The notes: generated by a model from the sequence alone, not told the origin. Shown: positions 12,778 to 25,594, counted from the first letter of the stretch. The stretch is DNA of 64,000 nt from Octopus bimaculoides (GCF_001194135.2 NC_068987.1:29167735-29231734), one strand, 5' to 3'. A program made the numbers and translations.

Positions 12778-14687
12778 TTCCAGTCAAGTGAATTATATAT
12801 TTTATATTCACAGAACCATCCAAAAAGTGCTTCTTTGTTTTTATTTATTATCGATATCAGAATATTTTTATTGGAACTTTCCATTCATTTCTAAAGTTTT
12901 GTTTGAAGATTGACATAAAGCTCAATTACCAAAATTTAAATTTATAGATTTGACTCCCTATTTTTATATCGAATACACTCTTCTCTTCTGGTCTGTGCCG
13001 ACCAGATTATTCATCAGAATATTTATAAAATAGGAAACATGTTTGTGATGTGGCAACAAGACAAAATTTACACTTCAGTTAAAGCCCATTATATAGAATA
13101 TTTTGAAACGGAATCGAAATAACAAATACAGACTTCGAAAGTGGGGAAAATATTTGGATGAAACATGTTCTTTATAGGTCGAGTGTCAACTTGTTGTCAG
13201 GAGATATCAAAAACTAAATTTATTACCTTCTTATCTAATACCACGCTGATAGACCCAGCACAGGGTTCAGAAACAACTCGGCCTATTCATTTCTTTTCCT
13301 TTCATGTATTCCTTTTCATGTGGTCACAGTAATTCTTTTCAATCTTGACAATTTCAATTCAATCAAATTAAAATATTTTGTTTCGAAATATTACGATATT
13401 TTATTCTGTATTTGTATTTCATAATGCAAAAATCCCTCATTTCATTTCATTACCAATATAGAGGAGATTATCTTGAACACAAACTTGACAAAATACCCCA
13501 ATATCTTAATGCTTTTTGTAAATTTTATTTGCATTTTATTTCATTACTTCTTGTGGACTTTTCATCTTCTTAATCATACTTAACCTGGGGTGATATCCAA
13601 ATTCGAAATAATGCATCAGATAAATTTAAAGTGACATTAAAATTATAAAGTAGAAAATTTCGAAAATTTTAAATGAATAAACTGTTATCGAATTCGATAA
13701 CAATGTTGATAATGGTCACGATGTCTCTTTATAATTCTAACAAAATACTAACATACTATATATATATATCGACCTAACATCAAAACAGTTGTTGAGATGA
13801 TATTAGGGCATGAAAATACAAACTATGATAACACTTCAGAAGATATTAGAAAGGGATAACACACGCAATAAAATATATATCATTCAGAGAGTATCTGTGT
13901 GTAAAGGTTTTGTAAAAGAAGCAAAAAAATTCAAATTTAATGTGGGTGAAGAGTAATCGTAGACAGACCAATCGGTGATACATATTCATTTTCACGACTC
14001 TTGGAAAAACGAAGGGCAACGTTAAGCTGACAGAACTTGAACTTAGAATGTATTGGATATAATTAAGCAACACAAGTAATCTCTGTCACCCAGACAGCAT
14101 ATAAACTGATATAAAGATATATAGCATTCGCTATTGTATAAATGAATAAGTATATACATTTAAGCGTCTGTAAAACCTAAGTCTCTCTATCCCTCTCTCT
14201 CTCTATCTCTCCCTCTCTCTGTCCTTCTCTCTCTCCCTCTCTCTCTCCCTCTCACTCTCCCTCTCTCTCTCTCTAAGAATTTGTTAAATCCGAAACCGGT
14301 CCCTGTTTGAGAATGACTTTTTAGGTGATTTTAAATGTCTTGCCCGCTCACGTTTTTGGTATGCTGCTATATTTCATGTTGAGAACAATTTAGGTCTTAA
14401 TAGACACAAGATGTGATCTATTTCTAGCGCATTAATTGTCCACGTTAGTGGTCGACGTNNNNNNNNNNNNNNNNNNNNNNNNNNNNNNNNNNNNNNNNNN
14501 NNNNNNNNNNNNNNNNNNNNNNNNNNNNNNNNNNNNNNNNNNNNNNNNNNNNNNNNNNNNNNNNNNNNNNNNNNNNNNNNNNNNNNNNNNNNNNNNNNNN
14601 NNNNNNNNNNNNNNNNNNNNNNNNNNNNNNNNNNNNNNNNNNNNNNNNNNNNNNNNNNNNNNNNNNNNNNNNNNNNNNNNNNNNNNC

Positions 14688-14722
<35 letters not shown>

Positions 14723-14741
14723 TAGATAAATAGATAGATAT

Positions 14742-14779
<38 letters not shown>

Positions 14780-15489
14780 TAATAGATTGATATACACGCA
14801 AAAGTATGCATGTATGTTATCTGTTACGATGTATGTTGTAGAGCTCAGGTTTACTGGTTTCATTCTGTCTTAACATGAAGATTAGAAACACATTGGTTGA
14901 TACAATAGTAATTCATTTTATATACATAAAACCGTTTTTAAAATATTGGCATGTTTTAAAATAAAGGTGTAAATGTGGTAAAAGTTCGTGCGTGAGTACC
15001 TGTGTGTGAGTGTGTGTGTGAGTGTGTGTGCGTGTGTGTGTGTCTGTGTGTGTGTGTGTGTGTGTGTGATTGACCCAATGCTTCACAATCCTGTAACATG
15101 AACATTTGAATAACGGGTGAAAACTACTCGCTTTTACTCAAACTAGGAGTCATGAGCGATTATAGAAAATTATATTTATCAAATATGCCAGGCTTTGCGA
15201 TTGGACACGGAACATCATCGTTTTGATGAGAACTTGCTAAAATTTTCAGCTATAATGCATCACACACACGCACATAAAAATACACACACAAAGAAACAAA
15301 TAAGTACATGCACACATGGACACGCACACGCACACAAACATATGTAGGTGTGTATATAGAAATATATGTTATACATGTGTGTGTATGTGTTTGGTTGGTT
15401 GCCCATAATTCTTTTAGGAAAAGAGCTGACACTCATATATTATGTAATAGAAATTTGATTATATATTATTTATATAATATCGGTTTCAG

Positions 15490-15692
15490 ACTTTGGTACA
15501 ATGCCAGCAATTCTGAGATAGTGGGTTAGTCCATTACATCGATCCCAGTGCGCAACTGATAATCATGTTTTCAAGAATTAAAGGTAAAGTCGAAATCGGT
15601 GGAATTTGGACTCGGAACATGAAGACGGACGAAATGCCGCTAAACACTTTGTCCGGTGCGCTAATGATTCTGAATGATTCTGTCACTTCGCC
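15490..15692 (-). mobile_element. SINE family A copy
   Basis: Reverse complement of the recurrent unit ggcggtgagctggcagaatcgttagcac..gttctgagttcaaattcc..gtcgactttgcctttcatcc..tcgatgtaatcgact, seen more than 15 times in the window. Confidence 0.7.
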
Positions 15693-15737
15693 ACCACAGT
15701 TTTATAATATTGTGAGATAAAATTACCATAGGCGCGT

Positions 15738-15960
15738 CACTTAGTGGTTAGGGTACTGGACTCATGGTCGTAAGATTGTGGTTTAGAATCCTCGACCAAG
15801 TAATGCGCTGTGTTCTTGAGCAAAACACTCCACTTCCCATTGCCCCAGTTCACTCAGCTGGAAAACATGGGTAAATCAGTGACGGAACGCCGTCCTGTAC
15901 AGCTGGAGAATATATACGCCACGGAAATCGGGCCACCGGCCCTATGAGTCTATATGACAT
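15738..15960 (+). mobile_element. tRNA-type SINE (family C-related)
   Basis: ggcgcgtcacttagtggttagggtactggactcatggtcgtaagattgtggtttagaatcc (A/B-box-like) followed by gtgttcttgagcaaaacact, as in the copy at 37595. Confidence 0.65.
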
Positions 15961-15991
15961 TTTATTTTATAATATATAAATACACACACAC

Positions 15992-16079
<88 letters not shown>

Positions 16080-17015
16080 GTATGTACGTTCACATATACG
16101 TATACATAGAAATGTATATGTATTTATATATATACATGTATGTAAATATATATACTTATATAAATATATATACTTATATAAATATTTATGTGCGTGTGAG
16201 TGTGTGAATGTATGTATGGTTGTATGTATGTATGTATTTATGTGTGTGTGTATGTTATCAACCGGCTTCTATAGCACACTGGTCATGCTATAACAGCCCT
16301 TCAACTTGTACATATCACTCTCTGAACTGAAGACATTTATGTGGATCCTTCCTAAAAAAAGAAAAGCTTATGCATAAAGGCACACTCACTCACATCTATC
16401 ATTAAATTAAGAGTGAAATTTTCATGCAAATCTCATTATATAGTTTTTGTGTTGAAAGGTTAAGAAAACTGCATTGGACAAATAGGTTTGTTACTATGGA
16501 AAAGGCTCACAGTGTGCTAACAAGAAATTAATGATAATTAAACGTAAAATCAGTTAAGAGAATATATAGCAGCACGTGAAGGAAAGTGCCTAGTTAATGA
16601 AAATCTATTTCGAATTTAAACATGCGCAAATCCAATCACAGTTCGACAACGAAGAAGCGAAGAGCAAAGATTTATATACAAATGTTGGTACAGTAAAGCA
16701 TTTGATTAATGATTGCTGTGAATAACGAGAATTCTTCTGCTGATCACATTTATCTAAGGCATAGCTTTGCAAACTTAATGCTTTTTGAATATACTTCATC
16801 AAAATACACCTGCTCGTAGTTACCAGAATGTAAATCACCAGATATTAAAGGTAATATTATTGAATTGGTATATCTAATAGGGATATTATTGTTGTTAGTG
16901 GTGGTTTTATCGTTATTATTATTATCAGTATTTTTCGCCATTTTTTTATTATAGTTATTACTATTATTATTATCGTATTTATTATTATTATATTATTATT
17001 ATTATTATTATTATT

Positions 17016-17555
17016 GAGTGAGAGAGCAGTGCATGCCATGAAAGTGATACTGGGGTAAAATATACGAAGCCCATTATACCCATCATGACTACCCGTCTGA
17101 TAAGGGTACACCAGGCACATGCATCCCAACCAAGTGTACGCGACATGGTGATCTCATATCAACATAAACAGCACATGACCTCGCAGATTGGGCCCAGTTA
17201 GAATGTTCTTCAGCTCGAGTAGCCCACCCCACTCAAAATGTCCCTGAATAAGGTTTATTTAAGCATGTTGAACAAAACACCCATGTTTCCAAAGGTGAAT
17301 TATTCAAACCCCAAAGAATTCATCTCAACACATGGCTATGATGCTCCCCCACTACTTGTGCGCGTGATCAAAGATGCACATATTGTCAGCCACCAAGGGA
17401 CATGCTCAACTGGTTAATGTCAAACAACTGACAAGCAAATCTGTGGTATTAAGCAGAATATTTGTTGTAGCCCATCTTTTTATACCAAGGCAAAACGATG
17501 TACATGATAACACTTCCAATCAGTTAAGATCAGAAGCCATAAGAGCCACTGCCTG
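17016..17555. repeat. About 540-bp non-coding interspersed repeat with a structured end, abutting (ATT)n; homologous to 19420-19631, 26620-26750 and 40190-40365
   Basis: Visible sequence matches between the four loci (e.g. gactacccgtctgataagggtacaccagg; aaaccccaaagaatt..aagggacatgctca..gtggtattaagcagaatattt). Transcriptional orientation is uncertain. Confidence 0.75.
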
Positions 17556-19420
17556 TGCCTTTGCACAGCTTCTAAAGCTGGAGCTGTACTACGGTGTTAG
17601 CAGTTCAATACCAGTGAACTAAGGTAACACTTCTTATTTCTCGAGCACCTTCTGGAGTATTCGAGCGGTTCCAAGCAGTGCTGTTTTCTATAAATGCTAA
17701 ACCCTTATTGCAGCCCCTACTTGTTCTATATACTTCTCAAGATTTTTACTCACTTTCTCAGAGCACCAACTGTTATTGGTACTACTACCACCTTTTCCAT
17801 TGACCACAACTGCTTAACTTCCCAAGCTGATCTGTCAAATCTATCAACTTTTCTTTCTTCCTTATCGCATACCTTGTTGCCAACTGCGAATGCTATATGT
17901 ATGATCCAGCATAGTTTGTTTTCTTTCTCACTAAAGACTATTACTGGCTTCCTATTCTCTATCGCATGGTCGCAATGAATCATAAAATCCCATAGTATCT
18001 GTGGATTATTATTTTCGATGATTCCTTCGAGTTTATGGTCATATCAATGTTTTGCTTTGTCAAGTCCATACTTATTGCAAAGTGTCCAAGTGTCAAGCCT
18101 TGCTATATTGTCGTGGTGTCTCTTATATTCCTTCTGGCTACCGGCGTATATTGGCTGGTAATATTCCATACGGTTTCACCATTTAGTTGACATATCCTGC
18201 ACTTATCACTTTCTGCTGTATTGTCTATTCTGTAGTTTATGTATGTTTGTCCTTAGTGCTTGCTCTTGGTCACCACAGATTAGGGCCTCGGTTTCCAGTT
18301 TTAGATCACTTTTAGTCATCCACAGTCAGCTTTTTTATCTGTCTGTCTTATTTTCAACATCTCTATGAAATTGCCCATGCATCCTTTTATTTACCGAGCT
18401 ATTTTCAGCCAAATTTGTTTTCAATTGCTTGTACACTGCTTTATCTATGCAATCTTTCATCCTACACACGCCTGACATCCTTACGTCTAATAATAGCGGT
18501 TCTGTGGCATTTGTCACATACCATTCGATGTTGTTTTCTTCTGCTTTAATGCTGTGTTCACATCCAATAAGTCTTCTTCCCCTCTTTTTTTTTTTGGTAC
18601 ACAGTGTGTGTGTGTGTGTGTAACTTGTTGGGTGGAGTGTCCCATATACAGTTAGAAATTTCCTTGTCTTTCTGTCTCAGCTGTTTAGTTCGTCTACTGC
18701 CCGTGCGATTACCGCTGTTTCATATCTAAGGAGTGATACTGCCAAGGTGTTGATGGCTTCAATGTTATTCGGTCTGGTGAATTTTCACTTAAGGATCAGT
18801 CTCAGTCTGTGCAAGTATTACACCTTAATATTTTCTGTCATTTCTTTCTCCATCAATTTATCCATTTCCGAAATCACAAGAACTTATAACCCAACTCTTC
18901 TATCTGCTTCATCATCTCCCCCGGCGGTATTGTTAGCCCGTCCATTCATTTGATTTTGCCTCTCTTCAAGTCTAACACGCCACACTTTCTCAATCCGAAT
19001 TACATTGTGATATCAACACTGAAAGTATACACTGTATCAACGAGGGAACTGACTAGGGCTTCATCGTTACCATAAAGTTTGAGGTCATCCATGAATAACA
19101 AATGGTTGACATTTTGTTGGCGGATATTGAATACATACCCAGAAACAGTGTTAGTGGTATCAAGCACAGTACAAAGATCAGTGGGGAGAGGCAGTCCCCT
19201 TGGAAGATGTCCCTCCTGATTTCTACTGTCCCTAAACTTCTTCCGTATGCTGTCAGATCCGTCCTCCAATTCGCCATACTTTTTCCGAGCAATCACTCAA
19301 CATTCGATGCAATACCAAATAGGTTCATACATTCTATAATCCAAGAATGTGGGATCATATCGTAAGCCTTACGATAGTCAATCCATAACATGGCCAAATT
19401 TATTTTCCTCCTCCTCCTCT
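17556..19420 (-). mobile_element. RLE-type non-LTR retrotransposon (R4/Dong/NeSL-like), degenerate; RT, CCHC knuckle, endonuclease and 3' end
   Basis: RT motifs NLAMLWIDYRKAYDMIPH, DIFQGDCLSPLIFVLCLIPL and HLLFMDDLKLYG (ORFs 19000-19296); MHGQFHRD (18335-18517); DKCRIC..ETVWNITSQ at about 18200; RLE-like KPVIVFSEKENKLCWIIHIA..KEERKVDRFDRSAWEVKQLW..VVVPITVGAL (17750-17983). Many stops and frameshifts. Confidence 0.9.
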
Positions 19421-19631
19421 TTTGAGTGAGATGGGCTACTGAAGGAATTTCTGACTGGGCTCCATCTGCAAGGTTATGCGCTGTTTATTTTGATATGAGA
19501 TCACTTTTTCGCTCACATATGGTTGTGAGGCATGTACCTGGTGTACCCTTATCAGGCGGGTTGTCATGGTGGATATACTGGGCTTCGTATATGAGTACCC
19601 CAATTTAAATGCATGCACCTCTCTCTCACTC
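19420..19631. repeat. Truncated inverted copy of the 17016-17555 repeat, followed by (AAT)n
   Basis: ttttgagtgagatgggctact..cctggtgtacccttatcagg..ctgggcttcgtatat..ctctctcactc aligns with the reverse complement of 17016-17235 at roughly 75-80% identity by eye. Confidence 0.85.
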
Positions 19632-19664
19632 AATAATAATAATAATAATAATACTTTCTACTAC

Positions 19665-19912
19665 AGGGACATGACATGAAGTTTGTGGGGAGAGGCCAGT
19701 CGATTAAATCGACTCCAGTACGCAACTGGTATTTAATTTATCGACCCCGAAAGGATGTAAAGCAAAGTCGACCGCAGAGGAATTTGAACTCAGAACGGAA
19801 AGACAAACGAAATACCGCAAAGCATTTCGCCCAGCCTGCTAACCGCTCTGCCAGCTCACTGCCTTTAATAATAATGATAATAATGATAATAATAATTATT
19901 ATTATTATAATA

Positions 19913-19952
<40 letters not shown>

Positions 19953-19958
19953 GGTTGT

Positions 19959-19997
<39 letters not shown>

Positions 19998-20180
19998 CGA
20001 CGATGATGATGACAGCAGTTTCGGATTACATCGACTCCAGTGTTTGACTAATACATATCGGTCCCGAACGGATGAAAGGCAAAGTCGACCTCGACAGAAT
20101 ATGAACTCAAACGTAGGGAGCCGGAAGTAAATTCTAAGCATTTTGTCTCACTCGCCAAGAATTGTGCAAGCTCGCTGATC
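19665..20180 (-). mobile_element. Two tandem SINE family A copies (19665-19865, 20015-20180) spaced by (AAT)/(GAT)n and followed by (TAG)n
   Basis: Both are reverse complements of the family A unit (gtcgac..gaatttgaactcagaac..ctctgccagctcactgcc). Confidence 0.8.
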
Positions 20181-20239
<59 letters not shown>

Positions 20240-21374
20240 GTAGTTACCATGTGCAGATTAGATATTTTTTTAATGTACTGACCCAAAGCTGAAGGGAAAA
20301 ATCATAATTTCGGTATTCAGCACCTAAATGCGTTGTACTTATAACGACAACCTTCAGAAAATAATGCAATCTAATGTAATAGTGAGTCCAATAAATTTAA
20401 GTAATCTAAATAATAGATACATCTATATATGATTAGAGGGATTAATACCGTTGCTCAAAACATAAATTTCATACTCGTGTCAATGATGACAATTCATAAT
20501 AGCAAAGTAATTTTTGGGGGAAATGATTTGATAAACCAGAACCCCAGATAATTATAACAGGAACTAGGATCCCAAAGGTAAATATATTTCTGTGGACACA
20601 GTACGTTATCAGTTATAGTATATTTTCTATGAAATATTTTGTCGAAAAAGCGGTACTTTTTCATCTGAGTTAGTTGTAAAGCTCTTTATGTAAGCGAAAT
20701 ATTTGAATCGATTAGAATAAAATGAATTTTCTTTTTCTTTTGCATTCATAAATCATTGTAGAATAAAACCATAGATAACAGTTTTCATTTAGTAACGGAA
20801 AATGTTCGTAATTTATGACAAAGTTATCTAAAATGATTAACCTTTCGTAAGAGGCCACTTTAGGTCATCAAAGATGGGGAACCTGCTTTTCAGATAAAAC
20901 AGAACAAAAGAAGAAAAGAATTTCAAGATTGTAAAGTTAAAAGAAATGACTAAATTATTCAGAATTTAATAGCGAATAAAATATATTTTTATATTTATTG
21001 CCGATTATATTTTTTTATAAACTATATTTTTTTATCACTGAAGTATTTGGAAAGGTGAAAACATCACGTCAGATAATGCGACATATTAGTTGAGAAATTT
21101 AACGTACACTGCGTAGTTCATAAATACAGCATTGTTCAAGAGATTTACTTATGAAGAATGTAATTGTTGTCATGGGAATCTCTTTAAATATCGAACACTT
21201 TAAATGTGACTAATTCATCTTATACGTGTTTAAGTCTATAGTACCTCTCGATACGTCCGTGATTGAATGTATTTTACTGTTGGTAGACAACTCGTGGGCG
21301 TGTGGGAATTGTAAATGCGCACATGTATGCGTGTATGAGTATGCGTGTGTGCATGTGTGTGAGTGTGTGTTCGC

Positions 21375-21422
<48 letters not shown>

Positions 21423-23961
21423 ATGTGCGTGTGTGTGTTACTAAGATATTTTTATCCAGAAACTATCGCAAATAAATAGCCTTTTGCCTTACACTTTGTT
21501 GACTAGAGATTTCCATTAACTGGGGATCTGCTCTAGTGCTTGGAGAATCAATTCATTATATTTGTAGGAGAGAGGAATTTAGTGATTCTAGAAACACGAA
21601 ATACAACATCTAAAATTTGCAATTAAAATGCCCAAAATATTTTTCAGGCGTTTTAATGGGCTTCAGCAATATACACTCATTATGCATACAGACATACACA
21701 AATACTCTTACATACATACATACATATATACATACATACATACATTCAAACATAGAAACATACATACATGCATACATATNNNNNNNNNNGAAAAAAATAA
21801 ATACAAAGTTTATTCGGTTGATGCTAGGGAAATGCTAAAAGGAAGTAAATGTCTTTTACATTTCTTGTATTCACTCGTCTTTTTGTCTTTTGGAAGAAAC
21901 GATAAGCAAGGAGAAAAAATACAGAAAAAAGAAAAAAAGGCACAGGGAAACATAAACACGTATATATATATACAATCTTTTTGACGAATGAATCGATGAA
22001 TGATTGCATGTGTGTGAGCAGGCAACTATTTATAAATCAATAATCCAAACATGACATTGTACTTTTTGCGCATTAAAGTATATAATGCAATTGCCACAAG
22101 TTATTTGTTTCTTGCGCTCTTTGCAGCACTTTCGAAAATGTGAGGGTCTTTTGGGAATTTGTATAGCGATTTTACGCAGAAAAGAGAAACTTAAATTTTT
22201 TACTTCATCTGTAACCTCTCTCACCTCATCCTAGAAAATAGATTTAAGGACTATCATCTCAAGTAAGACAGAGATACTAATATTGTACATATAGAAGAAG
22301 ATTGATGTATTTGTAATGAATTGCGGTTTATAATAAAAAGGTTTGAATTCTAGATATTGCAATTACAGTCTTTTAATCTTCAAATAAAACATTGTATGCA
22401 ATACTTCTAATTCCCCATGGAAAGCTAGTGATATATATTTTTGTGTGGATCTTTGTGCGTGTGTGTGTATGTCTTTATGTGTGTGTGTGTATGTCTTTAT
22501 GTGTGTGTTTGTGTGTGTGTGTGTTTGTGTGTGTGTCAATGTGTGAATGTGCGTGTGCTCTTATATACTTTCAAATAAAAAGAAATTCCATACAAATTGG
22601 AATATTCAAAATAAATTGCTATTCATTGCGAATTAGGCACAACATATTTAAAAATCCGCAAGCTACTAAAAAAAGCAAAATTTGCATTTCACTACTTACT
22701 GTAAATTTATGTCTTACTTCTACGAATGTTTTACAATAACAAAGACGGAAGGGGCTGTTCACTCAAGAACTACTACAAGTAAAATTTACAGAGGATGGAA
22801 ATGTTAGTCCTTAAGGAAGAAGCAGCAGCCAACAGCAATTGCAAAGAGGTTTTAGAATTGCAGAAAGCAAGATTGAGGCCACAAGAACTATAGAAGGAGG
22901 ATTAAAGATGCTGGTTTTGCTTCGAAAATGTGTTCTCCGAATCCTATTAAATGAAATAATATTAAGGTTAAATCGTAATTTATGGTCAATTAAGAAAATT
23001 GTGAACTGGATAGTTTCCGAAAGACTAGAGGTAGGTCAAGGTCTCGGTTTTGTGGTAAAATTGTACATTGTTACCACCTTCACAGATCTAGTGAGAGATT
23101 TTATTTTAAGTGTATTTCAACAACTGCAATGTACTGAGGAGTATAGCATCATAATATGGGTGTATTTTTATTGGCAAGAGTTGGTGAACTTATATAGTGT
23201 TAAAACAAAATTATTGCCTTAAAACTGTTTGAGAATAGATTGCTTTGGTATCACAGAGATCAGAGTGTTTACTTGAATCCCATAGAGAATATTATGCCAT
23301 GTAAAGGTAGCAAAATTCTGGGAGAAAAATTAGGTTGCTCTCATGAAATTTTCAAAGCTGCAAAATATGACATAGTGAAAGAATATAATGGCTCTACATG
23401 ACTGTAACGAAACAGATTAACATCGTATTTGCGATGACAATAAACATGGTATTTGCGAAAACAATAAATATATTGCGACGTGAATACTTGAATAATATGT
23501 TTTCTCTTGTCAGAACCTCTACTCAAATATATAAAATTCTATGTAGCTCTGAGAACAGGAAGGAATCAATCTCAATTGACATTACAGAGTGAAGATTGCT
23601 AATGACATGGAAAATTGAGAGAAGCAATATTTTTTTTTCCCAAAATATGTTCTTTCCAAAGTTTTATTACATTGAAATTTAGGTATGCAAGATTTATTCT
23701 AACCTAATGAAAAGAACATTTTCTAACATGTGGTATAGTAGAATATTAATGTATATCACTTTAGAAATATATTCCAAGGGCGTACTGGTGTCGATATCAT
23801 CTCCAGGTCCCGTTTCTATATAATCCAATAAGGATAATAACCTACTGAAGGATAATTCTCTCCCGCACCCTTTCGCTTTACAGACACAGACGCACACACA
23901 TACATATATAGACGCATTCTTACATGTATATACATACATACACACGCGCACACATATGTAC

Positions 23962-23992
<31 letters not shown>

Positions 23993-24467
23993 CACACCTC
24001 TGTGTGTGTATGTGTGTGTGTGTGTGTGTGNNNNNNNNNNNNNNNNNNNNNNNNNNNNNNNNNNNNNNNNNNNNNNNNNNNNNNNNNNNNNNNNNNNNNN
24101 NNNNNNNNNNNNNNNNNNNNNNNNNNNNNNNNNNNNNNNNNNNNNNNNNNNNNNNNNNNNNNNNNNNNNNNNNNNNNNNNNNNNNNNNNNNNNNNNNNNN
24201 NNNNNNNNNNNNNNNNNNNNNNNNNNNNNNNNNNNNNNNNNNNNNNNNNNNNNNNNNNNNNNNNNNNNNNNNNNNNNNNNNNNNNNNNNNNNNNNNNNNN
24301 NNNNNNNNNNNNNNNNNNNNNNNNNNNNNNNNNNNNNNNNNNNNNNNNNNNNNNNNNNNNNNNNNNNNNNNNNNNNNNNNNNNNNNNNNNNNNNNNNNNN
24401 NNNNNNNNNNNNNNNNNNNNNNNATATATACATACATATACATATATATATATACACACCTCTGTGT

Positions 24468-24505
<38 letters not shown>

Positions 24506-24978
24506 ATATATGCCCACATATCTGATAGTGAACGAGTATGTGCAAAGCAATACCTGTGATTGCTGTTTGTATATGTATGCATGTTTGAGTGCACATGTTA
24601 GAGACTTCTAGGCCATATATCAATAATTACATATAACTAATTCGATAGTGTACCTGACAGCTGAAGGCTCGAATAGTGTTATTGTATCCTGTCTGAAAGA
24701 TCAAGTATTGATGAATACATCTCATAATTAGAAAAGCCAACGAGCTTCATTGATCATCATATATGTATCATATAAATCTATACATAGTCACGCCTATACA
24801 CTGCTAGTGTGACAGCGGCGATGACGATACCGATACAAACAATGGCGATGATGAAGATGTCGGATGAAGACGAAGATGAAGACGGTGACGTGTTATAATG
24901 CAAATATATGCAAAAATAATATATATATACCGTATTGCAGTTGTTGTTGTTGTTGTTGTTGTTGTTCTCGTCGTTGCA

Positions 24979-25320
24979 GCTGTTCTTGTTCAAATTCTGC
25001 CGAGGCCAACTTTGCTTTCATCGTTTCGGGGCCGATGAATAAAGTACCAGTGTAACACTTGATCAATGTAATCGACTAGTCCTCTCCCCACAAGCTTCAG
25101 ACCTTGTGCTTATAGTAAAAAGAATTATAATTATAATTGTTGTTGTTGCTGCTGTTCTTGTTCAAATTTTCCCGAGGTCGACTTTGCCTTTCATCTTTTC
25201 GGGGTCGATAAAGTGCGTACCAGTAAAACACTGAAGTTGATATGATCGACTAATCACCACCATAAAACCCTCACAATTGCAGGTTTTGTGCCTTTCGTAG
25301 AAAGGAGCATTATCATTCAT

Positions 25321-25352
<32 letters not shown>

Positions 25353-25594
25353 TAAGGTGGTGAGCTGACAGAATCGTTAGCGCGCGGACAAAATGCTTAG
25401 CAGCTTTTAGTCCATCCTTACGTTCTGAGTTCGAATGCCACCGAGGTCGACTTTGTCATTCATACTTCGGGGTCACTGAAATAATTACCAGTTACGAACT
25501 GGAGTCTATGTAATCGACTAGCTCCATCCCCCAAAGTTTCACGCCTTGTGCCTGTAGTAGAAAGGATTATTATTATCATTATTATTATTATTAT

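Noticed and set aside
17240-17290. CTGAATAAGG..GAACAAAAC hammerhead-like spacing in the 540-bp repeat
   Set aside because: The core does not match CUGANGA, GAAA is absent in this copy, and stems cannot be drawn.
20530-20930. Phase-compatible mini-exon pair (EPQIIITGTRIPK / VIKDGEPAFQIKQNKRRKEFQD)
   Set aside because: Weak acceptors, short frames, an alternative frame equally open, and no homology recognised. Similar isolated candidates at about 1500, 13180, 47810, 62520 and 63530 were dropped for the same reasons.
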